A stretch of 64,000 nt of DNA from contig DOTD01000017.1 of the NCBI GenBank assembly GCA_003513005.1, positions 758 to 64,757 on the forward strand, written 5' to 3'. Positions 40,885-49,459 of the stretch are shown here, in pieces. The notes under the pieces are model-generated. The model was not told the origin of the DNA and made no database searches. It saw only the letters and a list, made by a program, of their open reading frames with translations. Position numbers and translations under genes: made by a program. Numbering within the stretch: position 1 is the first letter of the stretch; each line of letters begins with the position of its first letter. The stretch is from Desulfotomaculum sp. GTDB taxonomy: Bacteria > Bacillota > Desulfotomaculia > Desulfotomaculales > Nap2-2B.

Positions 40885-42522
40885 TTATATTATTGTGTTT
40901 ATAAAAGCTTCCACCAGCGCAGGATCATACATTTTGCCCGAATATTTTCTAAGCTCTTCAAAAGCTTCCTCATGTGTCATACCCTTGCGGTATGGCCTGT
41001 CTGTTGTCATCGCGTCAAAACTGTCTGCGATTCGCATTATCCTGGCGGAGAGAGGAATGTTTTGACCGATCAGACCATCAGGGTAGCCGGTGCCGTCGTA
41101 ATTTTCATGATGATGTCTGACCAATGACACCAGGCCCTCCAGTGACAATAAAGGCCTGACAATATCGCTTCCCCAGACCGGATGCTGTTTGGTAATTTCC
41201 CATTCTTCAAACATCAGGGGACCATTCTTATTTAAAATATCGGCCTCTATATCAACCTTGCCTATATCATGAAGGTAAGCTCCGTACTTGAGCTCCGTTT
41301 TCTGCTCTTCAGGAAGGTCTATTCTTTCAGCGACTGCCACAGCATAGGACATTACTCTTTCCGAATGGGCAAATGTATACCTGTCCTTGACGTTGATAAT
41401 TGTTAAGAGAGCTTTAAAACAGTCAAACAAATCCTTTTCCGACTGGCTGAGGGAATATAACTGGTCGATGACGGAAAAGCAGATCCGGCTGCGGCTGTGT
41501 TTGGACTGGTAGCAGGCGTCGTCTGCGGATTTGACTAAATCCCTGGGCTTTTCTCCGTCCTCGGGGAAACAGGCCAAGCCCAAAGAGACGGTTATTTTTC
41601 CTCCCGGTTGGGTGTGATCGCCTTCAATAGAATATTTTTTTATTTTCTCTTCAATTTCGCCTGCTTTCTGCAAGGCCTCCAATCTATTGATACCCGGCAT
41701 TACTACGGCAAACTCATCCCCTCCATAGCGGGCCACAAAAGAAGGCGGAGATATCAGACCTTCCAGGATCCTGCCAATTTCTACAATAACCAGATCTCCT
41801 TTTTGGTAACCGTAGATGTCATTGAAAAATTTAAAATAATTTATATCAATCATAATCAGGGATACAGGTTTAGACCTGCCCCGTGCAATTTCCAACTCTT
41901 CAGTCAGCTTTTCATAAAAATGCCGGTGGTTGGTAAATCCGGTGAGGGTGTCAGTATTGGCGAGTGAGAGAAGCTGAACCTGTGTCCGCCTTTCAATGTC
42001 CGTAAGCCCGCCAATCAACCATGCTATGGTAAACAATATACCCGTATAAATTAAATCGATCTGAAAAGCAGGAGAAACAGTATGAATAAAAAACTGTCTC
42101 AGGTCGAGGACAAAGATTGCTGTACTGGCTATTAATGCGCTTAGGACACCTATGGTCTTACCATAGCTGCTGGCTGCAATAACCACCGGGACAAAAAGAA
42201 GCACCTTGGAACCGTCAAAGCCCTTTGTCAGATAAATTAGTGCCAAAATCAAGGGAAATAAAATGACCAGTAAAAGGGCTTCGCCTGTCCAAGGCTGTGA
42301 GCTGAACTTTTTCGATAAATATGGTATAACGACAACCAATAAGAATAAAACTACACCGGTATAATAATAAAGTGCAGTAAGATATACCTGACCGAGCTTA
42401 AAGCTAACATTCAGCGCCATGATGGCCAGAAAGACAACGAGTACGCAGATAATATGGGAGACAAGGATATGTTCAGCAAGCTCTTCTTTTCTTTTCGCCA
42501 GCGGGTGTATTTTTTCCGCCAT
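40885..42522 (-). CDS. Membrane-bound diguanylate cyclase / HD-GYP phosphodiesterase
   Basis: About 5-6 N-terminal TM helices, DTLTG..N, RYGGDEF, HSERV, HDIGK and HHENYDGTGYP motifs. Confidence 0.93.
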   Translation of the reverse strand: MAEKIHPLAKRKEELAEHILVSHIICVLVVFLAIMALNVSFKLGQVYLTALYYYTGVVLFLLVVVIPYLSKKFSSQPWTGEALLLVILFPLILALIYLTKGFDGSKVLLFVPVVIAASSYGKTIGVLSALIASTAIFVLDLRQFFIHTVSPAFQIDLIYTGILFTIAWLIGGLTDIERRTQVQLLSLANTDTLTGFTNHRHFYEKLTEELEIARGRSKPVSLIMIDINYFKFFNDIYGYQKGDLVIVEIGRILEGLISPPSFVARYGGDEFAVVMPGINRLEALQKAGEIEEKIKKYSIEGDHTQPGGKITVSLGLACFPEDGEKPRDLVKSADDACYQSKHSRSRICFSVIDQLYSLSQSEKDLFDCFKALLTIINVKDRYTFAHSERVMSYAVAVAERIDLPEEQKTELKYGAYLHDIGKVDIEADILNKNGPLMFEEWEITKQHPVWGSDIVRPLLSLEGLVSLVRHHHENYDGTGYPDGLIGQNIPLSARIMRIADSFDAMTTDRPYRKGMTHEEAFEELRKYSGKMYDPALVEAFINTII

Positions 42523-42544
42523 TTGATGTCACCTGTCTCCGCAT

Positions 42545-42567
42545 AAAAAAAGTGGGGGTATCCCCCC
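42545..42567 (-). terminator. Terminator-like hairpin between agrD and the GGDEF/HD-GYP gene
   Basis: GGGGG-ATA-CCCCC followed by AC and T7 on the minus strand. Confidence 0.55.
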
Positions 42568-42584
42568 TTAATTGGCGCGTGTCA

Positions 42585-42716
42585 TTATTTTCTTAAGCTT
42601 TTTGGAAGTTCGGGCTGATAACACATTATCATACAGGTAGGCCTAACACTAAACGCAGCCAGAAGGACCAGAACACTGAAAAAGGACGAAAAGACAAAGT
42701 AGGAAAACTTTTTCAT
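42585..42716 (-). CDS. agrD: AgrD-like cyclic lactone autoinducer propeptide (43 aa)
   Basis: MKKFSYFVFSSFFSVLVLLAAFSVRPTCMIMCYQPELPKSLRK: amphipathic leader, Cys, then YQPxxP; strong SD; directly after agrB. Confidence 0.88.
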   Translation of the reverse strand: MKKFSYFVFSSFFSVLVLLAAFSVRPTCMIMCYQPELPKSLRK

Positions 42717-42736
42717 TTTTTTACACCTCCTTTCGC

Positions 42737-43360
42737 TTAAAATAGACTGTCTACTGTTGCTATAAGACGGTGGCCTGCTTGAGTCATGGAAAAGATTTGC
42801 CATAAAAGTCCCGCTTCTATGGCCAGAATTATCACTGTAGCCAGGGAAAGCGGACTCAATAAAAGAAAAGACACCTGAGCAGAAACCGCCAAGAAGACAA
42901 AAACTATTGAGAACAAACGCAATTGCCGCCTTTGTTTCTCAGAAGAAATGGGCTTTTTAGGCGACTCCACCGGGGCCAACCGCCATACTGCGGCCAGAGA
43001 TACTATAAAACCGCCGGCGATTACCAAAACCAGCGCAGAATATGAAAAATAAGGCGCTGCTATAACGGCCAGCTTGCCAAAAATCGAAACCACCATTATA
43101 CTGACCAAAATACAAACATAAGGAGAAGAGCTGTGAGCGCCGCCGGCGAAAGAGCGCAGCAACATTCCCACAGTTAAAACTATTAAGGTAACAACCAGAC
43201 ATTTAAGCAGCCATCCTGCAATGCACACCAGAAGAACACCTGCGCCGCCGTAGATAATCATCTCCAGGCTGTAAGCAGCGACTTCTTCTTCATCCCTGTT
43301 TAAACCCAGCCTGTCCTTTAAAAAACCTGCCGCAGATTTGGGGAGGTCTACTTTAAACAA
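42737..43360 (-). CDS. agrB: Accessory gene regulator B-like peptide-processing membrane protein
   Basis: LRSFAGGAHSSS...C (catalytic His/Cys) and APVESPKKP motifs; multi-TM. Confidence 0.9.
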   Translation of the reverse strand: MFKVDLPKSAAGFLKDRLGLNRDEEEVAAYSLEMIIYGGAGVLLVCIAGWLLKCLVVTLIVLTVGMLLRSFAGGAHSSSPYVCILVSIMVVSIFGKLAVIAAPYFSYSALVLVIAGGFIVSLAAVWRLAPVESPKKPISSEKQRRQLRLFSIVFVFLAVSAQVSFLLLSPLSLATVIILAIEAGLLWQIFSMTQAGHRLIATVDSLF

Positions 43361-43377
43361 AAATTAAATGCACTCCC

Positions 43378-43899
43378 TTAAGCTGAAATTTTTCCCCGCC
43401 GGCGGTTGTAATAATTTTTACCCAGAGCGACAGCCAGCAAAACCAACTCGTAGGGAAGGCTGTATAGTTCCCTGAGTACAGGGTTGGCAAAAAATTCTTC
43501 ATAGGTCCTGCCTGTTAAATTTAATAACGGCATCATATAAATCATTTCCACCAAACCACAAATTACAAAGGTCCCAATTACCGTCAGGAAAACCCTGCTC
43601 AAGCGAATCTTTGTGATCAAGTGCACATATACAGCCAGGGAAATGACAAGAACTACCGTATGAACACCAAAGGCAATGGGCAACAAGCGCACTAAATTGG
43701 TTACAGTCTGAAGTACGGCGATTGCGGTTATCTTTTTAAAATCAAATCTCAAGCAGAGGAAACTAAAAACAACCATCACACAGACTATACTTTCAGGAAA
43801 ATCCTGTATAAGTAAGGCGGTCAATTCTCTTGTCAATATTGCAGGCATGTATATCTTTCCAGTTCCTATATTTGTATCTGAACCCGGACTTTTCTTCAC
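43378..43899 (-). CDS. Hypothetical multi-TM protein upstream of agrB (resembles a stand-alone sensor domain)
   Basis: About 5 hydrophobic helices and no cytoplasmic kinase domain; start uncertain (GTG 43899 or ATG 43848). Confidence 0.7.
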   Translation of the reverse strand: MKKSPGSDTNIGTGKIYMPAILTRELTALLIQDFPESIVCVMVVFSFLCLRFDFKKITAIAVLQTVTNLVRLLPIAFGVHTVVLVISLAVYVHLITKIRLSRVFLTVIGTFVICGLVEMIYMMPLLNLTGRTYEEFFANPVLRELYSLPYELVLLAVALGKNYYNRRRGKISA

Positions 43900-43937
43900 A
43901 TTCCGTGTATTCTAAAAATTAAAACCTACTTACCACT

Positions 43938-43966
43938 ATTTTCGTCATCCAACAAATAATTCCTTC
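43938..43966 (-). promoter_or_regulatory. Possible sigmaH-type promoter for the agr-like cluster
   Basis: GAAGGAATT-11 nt-GACGAAAAT versus the consensus RNAGGAWWW-11/12-RNNGAATWW (one mismatch). Confidence 0.3.
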
Positions 43967-43985
43967 TTTCGCAGCCAATATTTTT

Positions 43986-45116
43986 CTATTGTCCTTTCTG
44001 GTTTAAATAATATCTCGGCACGCGGCTGTTGACCATGCAGACTATTTCATAACTAATCGTTCCGGTTAATTTCGCAATTTCTTCAACAGGAATGGTTTCT
44101 CCCCCGCCGGATCCAAAGAGAACTACCTCATCACCGGGATACACATCATTGATATGCCCGACATCAACCATGCATTGGTCCATACAAACACGGCCGACAA
44201 CTCTCGCCCTTTGTCCATTGACAAGCACAATTCCCCTGGAAGATAAAAGCCTGCTGTAGCCGTCTGCGTAACCCGCCGAGATCACGGCGATGACAGTCGG
44301 ATGTGAAGTTTGGTAAGTGGATCCATAGCTTACTTTAAATCCTGCGGGTACTTTCTTAATTTGTGCTATTCGTGTCTTAAAAGACATAGCAGGTTTTAGA
44401 TTTAGTGAGTTCCGGATTTCGTTGGAAGGATACAAACCGTAAATGATAATACCGGGTCTGACCAGGTTTAAACAAGTCTGCGGGAGATCAAGCAGAGCGG
44501 CGCTGTTGGCGCAATGCCGGAGAGGAAACTCCAGCCCCGCTTTGCGGAGTGCTTCCAGAAAAGAATTGAACAGCTCGAGCTGCGCAAGCGCGAATGTTTT
44601 ATCCGCGCTGTCAGCTGCGGCAAAATGCGTAAAGATTCCTTCCGGAATTAGATGAGGAAGCCTTGCGGCTTTAAGGACATCTTCAAGGGCTGATTTTCCC
44701 GGCGTTAGACCCAGACGGCCCATGCCGGTATCAATTTTAATATGAACTTTAGCCTGCCTGCCTGAGCGTTCCGCAATACTGTTCAACGCTTCAGCCATCT
44801 CCAGGCTGTATACCGTCTGGATCAGATTTAAATCCAGTACCTCTTTAAATTGGGCGCCGGGTGTATACCCAAGAAGCAAAACCGGGGCTTCAATCCCCGC
44901 TTTTCTTAACTCTTTTGCTTCTTCAACTCTGGCAACGGCCAGGCTTTTTGCTCCGTTAGCCAGAACAACTTTTGCCGATTCCAAAGCGCCGTGTCCATAT
45001 GCGTTTGCTTTTACTACGGCCATAATTTCCGATTTTGGGGAAACAATTTTACGTATTTCCCGCATATTCTGTGCGATAGCGCAAAGATCTATTTCAGCCC
45101 AAACCGGGACTTTCAG
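43986..45116 (-). CDS. alr: Alanine racemase; probable CTG start at 45116
   Basis: AVVKANAYGHG PLP-lysine motif, HIKIDTGMGRLG, GYADG and GRVCMDQ. The conserved WAEIDL..I..N lies upstream of the ATG at 45065. Confidence 0.95.
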   Translation of the reverse strand: MKVPVWAEIDLCAIAQNMREIRKIVSPKSEIMAVVKANAYGHGALESAKVVLANGAKSLAVARVEEAKELRKAGIEAPVLLLGYTPGAQFKEVLDLNLIQTVYSLEMAEALNSIAERSGRQAKVHIKIDTGMGRLGLTPGKSALEDVLKAARLPHLIPEGIFTHFAAADSADKTFALAQLELFNSFLEALRKAGLEFPLRHCANSAALLDLPQTCLNLVRPGIIIYGLYPSNEIRNSLNLKPAMSFKTRIAQIKKVPAGFKVSYGSTYQTSHPTVIAVISAGYADGYSRLLSSRGIVLVNGQRARVVGRVCMDQCMVDVGHINDVYPGDEVVLFGSGGGETIPVEEIAKLTGTISYEIVCMVNSRVPRYYLNQKGQ

Positions 45117-45132
45117 GATCAGTCACCTGCCG

Positions 45133-46686
45133 TTAATTGCTTTCAGTTTCTAAAATAGCATCCGGTAAAAAGTCCAGAATATCACCGGCTACAAGGCCGC
45201 GGCAGCCTTTCCGCCTGACCGCAAGATCACCGGCCAAACCGTGAAGATAAGCCCCTGCCCCTGCTGCGTCAAACGGGTTTAACCCCTGGGCGATCAACCC
45301 GGCAATGATTCCGGTAAGAACATCTCCCGCGCCGCCTGTAGCCATGCCGGGATTTCCTGTTGTATTGATATAAGCCCTGGAATCGGGAGCCGCCACTATA
45401 GTCGAAGCGCCCTTCAATAATAAAACGACTCCCCAGTCTTTAGCCGCTTTTTCCGTTATCTCTAAACGCCGCTGCTGGATTTCGGCTGTAGTATTGCCTG
45501 TCAGCCTGCCCATCTCACCCGGGTGAGGGGTTAAGACAATTGGCGCTGACGTTAGTTTGAATACCTCCGTGTGACCGGCAAGGCAGTTTAAACCATCCGC
45601 ATCCAACACACAAGGTATTTTTAACATAGGTAAAATTCTTTTTATAAAAGAAGCTGTCTCCGGATGTGTGGTGATACCGGGTCCGATTGCGACAACATCA
45701 AAGCGCTGCGCAAGAGTAAAAACTTCATCCAAAGCTTCGCTTCCAATTGTCTGTTCGGAACTCTCCGGCAAGGCGACAGTCATGATTTCAGTCAGTTTTG
45801 AAGCGGCAAGCTTTTGCACACCGGAAGGAACCGCCAGAGTTACCAGTCCCGCACCCGCCCGGGCTGCGCTCATTGCGGCCAGACAGGCGGCGCCGGTCAT
45901 GCCTCTTGACCCGGCTACAATTAGTACCCTCCCATAATCACCTTTGTTGGAGGCGGGCTGACGCGGCTGAAGCCAACCGCGGACCAAATCCCTGGTTAAC
46001 AACTGTCTCTTTAAGGATTCGTTATTATAAAGATACGCCGGTATGGAAATGTCAGCCACATGAAGTTTTCCAGTATGGCTTGCGCCAGGTTCCTGGACAA
46101 GCCCCAGCTTGGGCAGGCCGAAGGTAACTGTACAGGTTGCCTTAACGCAAAGGCCCTCAATAAGGCCGCTGTCCGCCTGTAATCCGGAGGGTATATCTAC
46201 AGCCACTACCGGCTTCCCGCTGTGGTTAATCTGCTCAATTACACCAGCAGAGGGCTGGCCCGGAATTCCTTTGAAACCAGTGCCAAAAATAGCGTCTATA
46301 ATGAGATCGCTTCCTGTAAGGGCCGTATGTAAATCATCGAAACGGAAGTTTTGATCTAATACTTCTATCTTTTGGCCCATATTCTCCCAGATAGACATAT
46401 TTGTTTTTGCGTCACCGGAGATTTCTTCTTTTTCAGCTAAAAGAAAAACCTTTACATTGGCTTTTAAGTTATACAAATGCCGGGCAACAACAAAACCGTC
46501 CCCGCCATTGTTTCCCTTGCCTGAAAATACGCAAACAGCCTTGTTTTCAATATTAGGAAGCAGCTCCCGGATAACTTGAATGACCTGAAAACCGGCATTC
46601 TCCATTAGAACAACCCCGGGTATCCCGTAATCTTCGATAGTGGTGCGATCCAGTTCTCTCATTTCCGCGGCGCTGACTACTTTCAT
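45133..46686 (-). CDS. nnr: Bifunctional NAD(P)H-hydrate epimerase/dehydratase
   Basis: LMENAG, GKGNNGGDG, DAIFGTG, LTPHPGEM and GGAGDVL motifs. Confidence 0.95.
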   Translation of the reverse strand: MKVVSAAEMRELDRTTIEDYGIPGVVLMENAGFQVIQVIRELLPNIENKAVCVFSGKGNNGGDGFVVARHLYNLKANVKVFLLAEKEEISGDAKTNMSIWENMGQKIEVLDQNFRFDDLHTALTGSDLIIDAIFGTGFKGIPGQPSAGVIEQINHSGKPVVAVDIPSGLQADSGLIEGLCVKATCTVTFGLPKLGLVQEPGASHTGKLHVADISIPAYLYNNESLKRQLLTRDLVRGWLQPRQPASNKGDYGRVLIVAGSRGMTGAACLAAMSAARAGAGLVTLAVPSGVQKLAASKLTEIMTVALPESSEQTIGSEALDEVFTLAQRFDVVAIGPGITTHPETASFIKRILPMLKIPCVLDADGLNCLAGHTEVFKLTSAPIVLTPHPGEMGRLTGNTTAEIQQRRLEITEKAAKDWGVVLLLKGASTIVAAPDSRAYINTTGNPGMATGGAGDVLTGIIAGLIAQGLNPFDAAGAGAYLHGLAGDLAVRRKGCRGLVAGDILDFLPDAILETESN

Positions 46687-46688
46687 TT

Positions 46689-47075
46689 TTAGCCTCCTAA
46701 GGCCAGGGCAAATGCCAAAGCTTTGTCCTGATCGTGAGAAATGGTGATTAGTACTTTACTGATTCCTTTTTCCCCGGCGATTTCAACAGCCCTGTTATGT
46801 AAAGATACTTTTGGCCCATTGTCTTTTTCTGTTACTATCTCGACATCCCGCCAACCTATACCAAAGGCCAGGCCTGTCCCCAATGCTTTTAAAACAGCTT
46901 CTTTGGCGGCAAAACGGGCTGCAAAAGATGGAAAGGGATCCTTGCGCAAACTGCAGTAAGCCACTTCATCCTGTGTAAAAATTTTATTAAAAAACTTACC
47001 CGGATATTTTTCGGCCAATAACCGCAGCCGCTTGATTTCAATTATATCAGTGCCGATTCCTTTTACCAATGGCAA
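46689..47075 (-). CDS. acpS: Holo-[acyl-carrier-protein] synthase
   Basis: GIGTDII, ARFAAKEA and ISHD motifs. Confidence 0.95.
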   Translation of the reverse strand: MPLVKGIGTDIIEIKRLRLLAEKYPGKFFNKIFTQDEVAYCSLRKDPFPSFAARFAAKEAVLKALGTGLAFGIGWRDVEIVTEKDNGPKVSLHNRAVEIAGEKGISKVLITISHDQDKALAFALALGG

Positions 47076-47092
47076 ATCCGCCTTAAGTTTGT

Positions 47093-47890
47093 TTAGAAAC
47101 CGATAATTCTTTTAAGCTTTTTTGCCTGTGCGCGGCTTACAGGGACTTCGCTTTTTTCTTTATCATCCACTATGAGGTTGTATGTCCCGTTAAAAAAAGG
47201 GACTATTTCTTTTACTTTATGCAGGTTGACCAGGTAACACCGGTGAGTTCTGAAAAATACTTTCGGATCTAAACGTTTTTCGAGTTCCTTTAAAGTAAAT
47301 CTTACAAAAAGTTTTTCATCAAAGATCTTTAAATAAACGTAATCTTTTTCCGTAAAGGCAAAAACGAGATCTGATTCAGGCACCAGGACTGTTTTTCCTT
47401 TCTTTTCAGCAGGAATGCGGTCAATTTTAATCTGCTCCAAATCAAGGTTAATATCTGCCTGGTTGTAAACACTGGTTGTTTCCGCTTCCTCGATTTCTTG
47501 ATTTTCCAGGTTTGCTCCGGAATCACCGATTAATTTCAGGACTTTGTCAATAGCCCTTTTTAAGCGGCTGATTTCCACAGGCTTCAAAAGATAGTCGACA
47601 GCGTTGATATCAAAGGCTTTCACTGCATATTCATCATAGGCGGTAACAAAAATAACGAACGGCTTACAGGGGAGTTCCTGAATCGCCGCTCCCAATTCCA
47701 TACCGCTCATTCCGGGCATTGAAATATCAAGAAACAAAACCTGATAATCCAGCGCTTTTATTAATACAAGCGCTTCTTGCGCATTGGCGGCCTCGCCGAT
47801 AACTTCAATGTTGTCAAAGTTCTTCAAAGCAAAGCGTAATTCCTGCCGCGCCGGGTATTCGTCATCCACGATCAGAGCTTTCAATTTCAT
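47093..47890 (-). CDS. LytTR-family response regulator (LytT/YpdB-like)
   Basis: IVDDE, FLDISMP and DYLLKP receiver motifs; FFRTHRCYLVN LytTR domain. Confidence 0.92.
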   Translation of the reverse strand: MKLKALIVDDEYPARQELRFALKNFDNIEVIGEAANAQEALVLIKALDYQVLFLDISMPGMSGMELGAAIQELPCKPFVIFVTAYDEYAVKAFDINAVDYLLKPVEISRLKRAIDKVLKLIGDSGANLENQEIEEAETTSVYNQADINLDLEQIKIDRIPAEKKGKTVLVPESDLVFAFTEKDYVYLKIFDEKLFVRFTLKELEKRLDPKVFFRTHRCYLVNLHKVKEIVPFFNGTYNLIVDDKEKSEVPVSRAQAKKLKRIIGF

Positions 47891-49178
47891 TTCTATTCTC
47901 CTCCCCGTCCACATGTTTGAGATCCAGTGGAACCCGGAAAAATACAGATGTACCCATCCCGGGTGTGCTTTCTATTTTTAAGCCGTAATCTTCACCAAAC
48001 AAGCTCTTCAAACGTTCGTTTACATTACTGAGGCCGACGCCGTTTCCCGAACCTACGCCAGGTTTAAGAATTTCAGGCAGCCTTTCCGGGTGGATTCCCA
48101 CACCGTCATCATTTACCTCAAATAAGATTTCCCCGTCAGCGAGGCTGGCGGTAATTTTTACTGTTCCTTTGCCTAGCTTGGGTAATATACCGTGCTTGAT
48201 CGCGTTTTCGGCCAGCGGTTGAATAGTAAGTACAGGCACCTCGCAGGATAAAAGAGTATCGTCGATATCCTTCATTATTTGCAGCTTCTCACCAAAACGC
48301 GCTTTTTCCAGAACAAGATATGTATTCAAATACTCAATTTCTTCTTTCAGGCTGTTGAAATGTCCTCTTCTTTTAAGCGCATAACGAAAAAAACTGGCCA
48401 GACGGATCAACAGGCGTCTGGCTGTTTCGGGATTCGTCCGGATAAACATGATAATGGTATTTAAAGTATTAAACAGAAAATGCGGGTTAATTTGCGCCTG
48501 AAGAGCTTCCAGTTCCGCCTTGGTAACCAGTTGGGTCTGCCGGTTCAGTTCCGCTAATTCCATCTGCATTCCAAATAAATGAGCCAGCCCGACAGACAGT
48601 TTCACTATTCCTTCCGGTACTTTGCCGGGTTTTGACTGGTATAGTTTTAATGCCCCGGTTACTTTTCCGTTGCATTTCAAAGGAGCGATCACGGCGGACT
48701 CCAAAGGACAGTTTGGAAAAGGACATTTCAAATCATATGGGTTATTCAATATTTTTAACTCCCCGCTGTAAAGCGCCGCCTTGGTGGCTTCTGTAAGAAC
48801 AGGTCCTCCCGCTTTATGGTGATCGTCTCCCGAACCGATGTAGGCAAGTATTTTTTCTCTGTCGGTGATCGCTACTGCAGCGACTTGAGAAATCTCTTTT
48901 ATTATAGCCGCCGTTTTAGCAGCTGTTTCTTCACTAAGACCCCGTCTTAAAAAAGGCAAAGTCTCATTGGCAATCTGGAGCGTGAGATCGGCAAGGCTTT
49001 TCTCTAGCTTGATATTTTGAAGTTTCTGCCTGTAGACAAACCTGTCCATCCCTAAAGCTGTTAGAATATTGGATATGAGCAGGACAATCGCACAATGCCA
49101 GATTAAAGGTTTCCATAAGATTAGTAATGCCGCAGCTGCAATATTAAGCGGCAGCCACCAGATAAGTATCCCGCGCAA
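47862..49178 (-). CDS. LytS/YpdA-type sensor histidine kinase with a short 2-TM N-terminus and GAF domain
   Basis: LQAQINPHFLFNTLN, EKARF, QPLAENAIKHG, DDGVG and GVGLSNV motifs; start uncertain (TTG 49178 has an SD). Confidence 0.9.
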   Translation of the reverse strand: MRGILIWWLPLNIAAAALLILWKPLIWHCAIVLLISNILTALGMDRFVYRQKLQNIKLEKSLADLTLQIANETLPFLRRGLSEETAAKTAAIIKEISQVAAVAITDREKILAYIGSGDDHHKAGGPVLTEATKAALYSGELKILNNPYDLKCPFPNCPLESAVIAPLKCNGKVTGALKLYQSKPGKVPEGIVKLSVGLAHLFGMQMELAELNRQTQLVTKAELEALQAQINPHFLFNTLNTIIMFIRTNPETARRLLIRLASFFRYALKRRGHFNSLKEEIEYLNTYLVLEKARFGEKLQIMKDIDDTLLSCEVPVLTIQPLAENAIKHGILPKLGKGTVKITASLADGEILFEVNDDGVGIHPERLPEILKPGVGSGNGVGLSNVNERLKSLFGEDYGLKIESTPGMGTSVFFRVPLDLKHVDGEENRNEIESSDRG

Positions 49179-49301
49179 TATACTCCTGTCCGTTTTCCAG
49201 CCCCCTAGCCATAGACTGAATATTTGTAAACATTCGTCATTTAAAGCTGTTTTTGCTTTCACAATTTTCTTTTAACTATTATAATTAAGGAAAAAGTAAA
49301 T

Positions 49302-49433
49302 GTCTATCGCAAAAACACCGCCGGAATTCTGAGGAATAACGAGCACCTGAGCGAACCGTGACAACGACGGCCTGAGGCGAACTGAGCACGTAGGCAGTTG
49401 ACCTCCCTAAGACAAGCTTTTTTCAGGATAGTT
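49302..49433. mobile_element. Longest copy of the dispersed repeat; MITE-like, about 130 bp, with imperfect terminal inverted repeats
   Basis: Left CTATCGCAAAAA (49304-49315) versus right end reverse complement CTATCCTGAAAAA; partial copies elsewhere in the window; no clear target-site duplication. Confidence 0.55.
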
Positions 49434-49459
49434 TATTTTATAAAGGAGATCGGTAAAAA

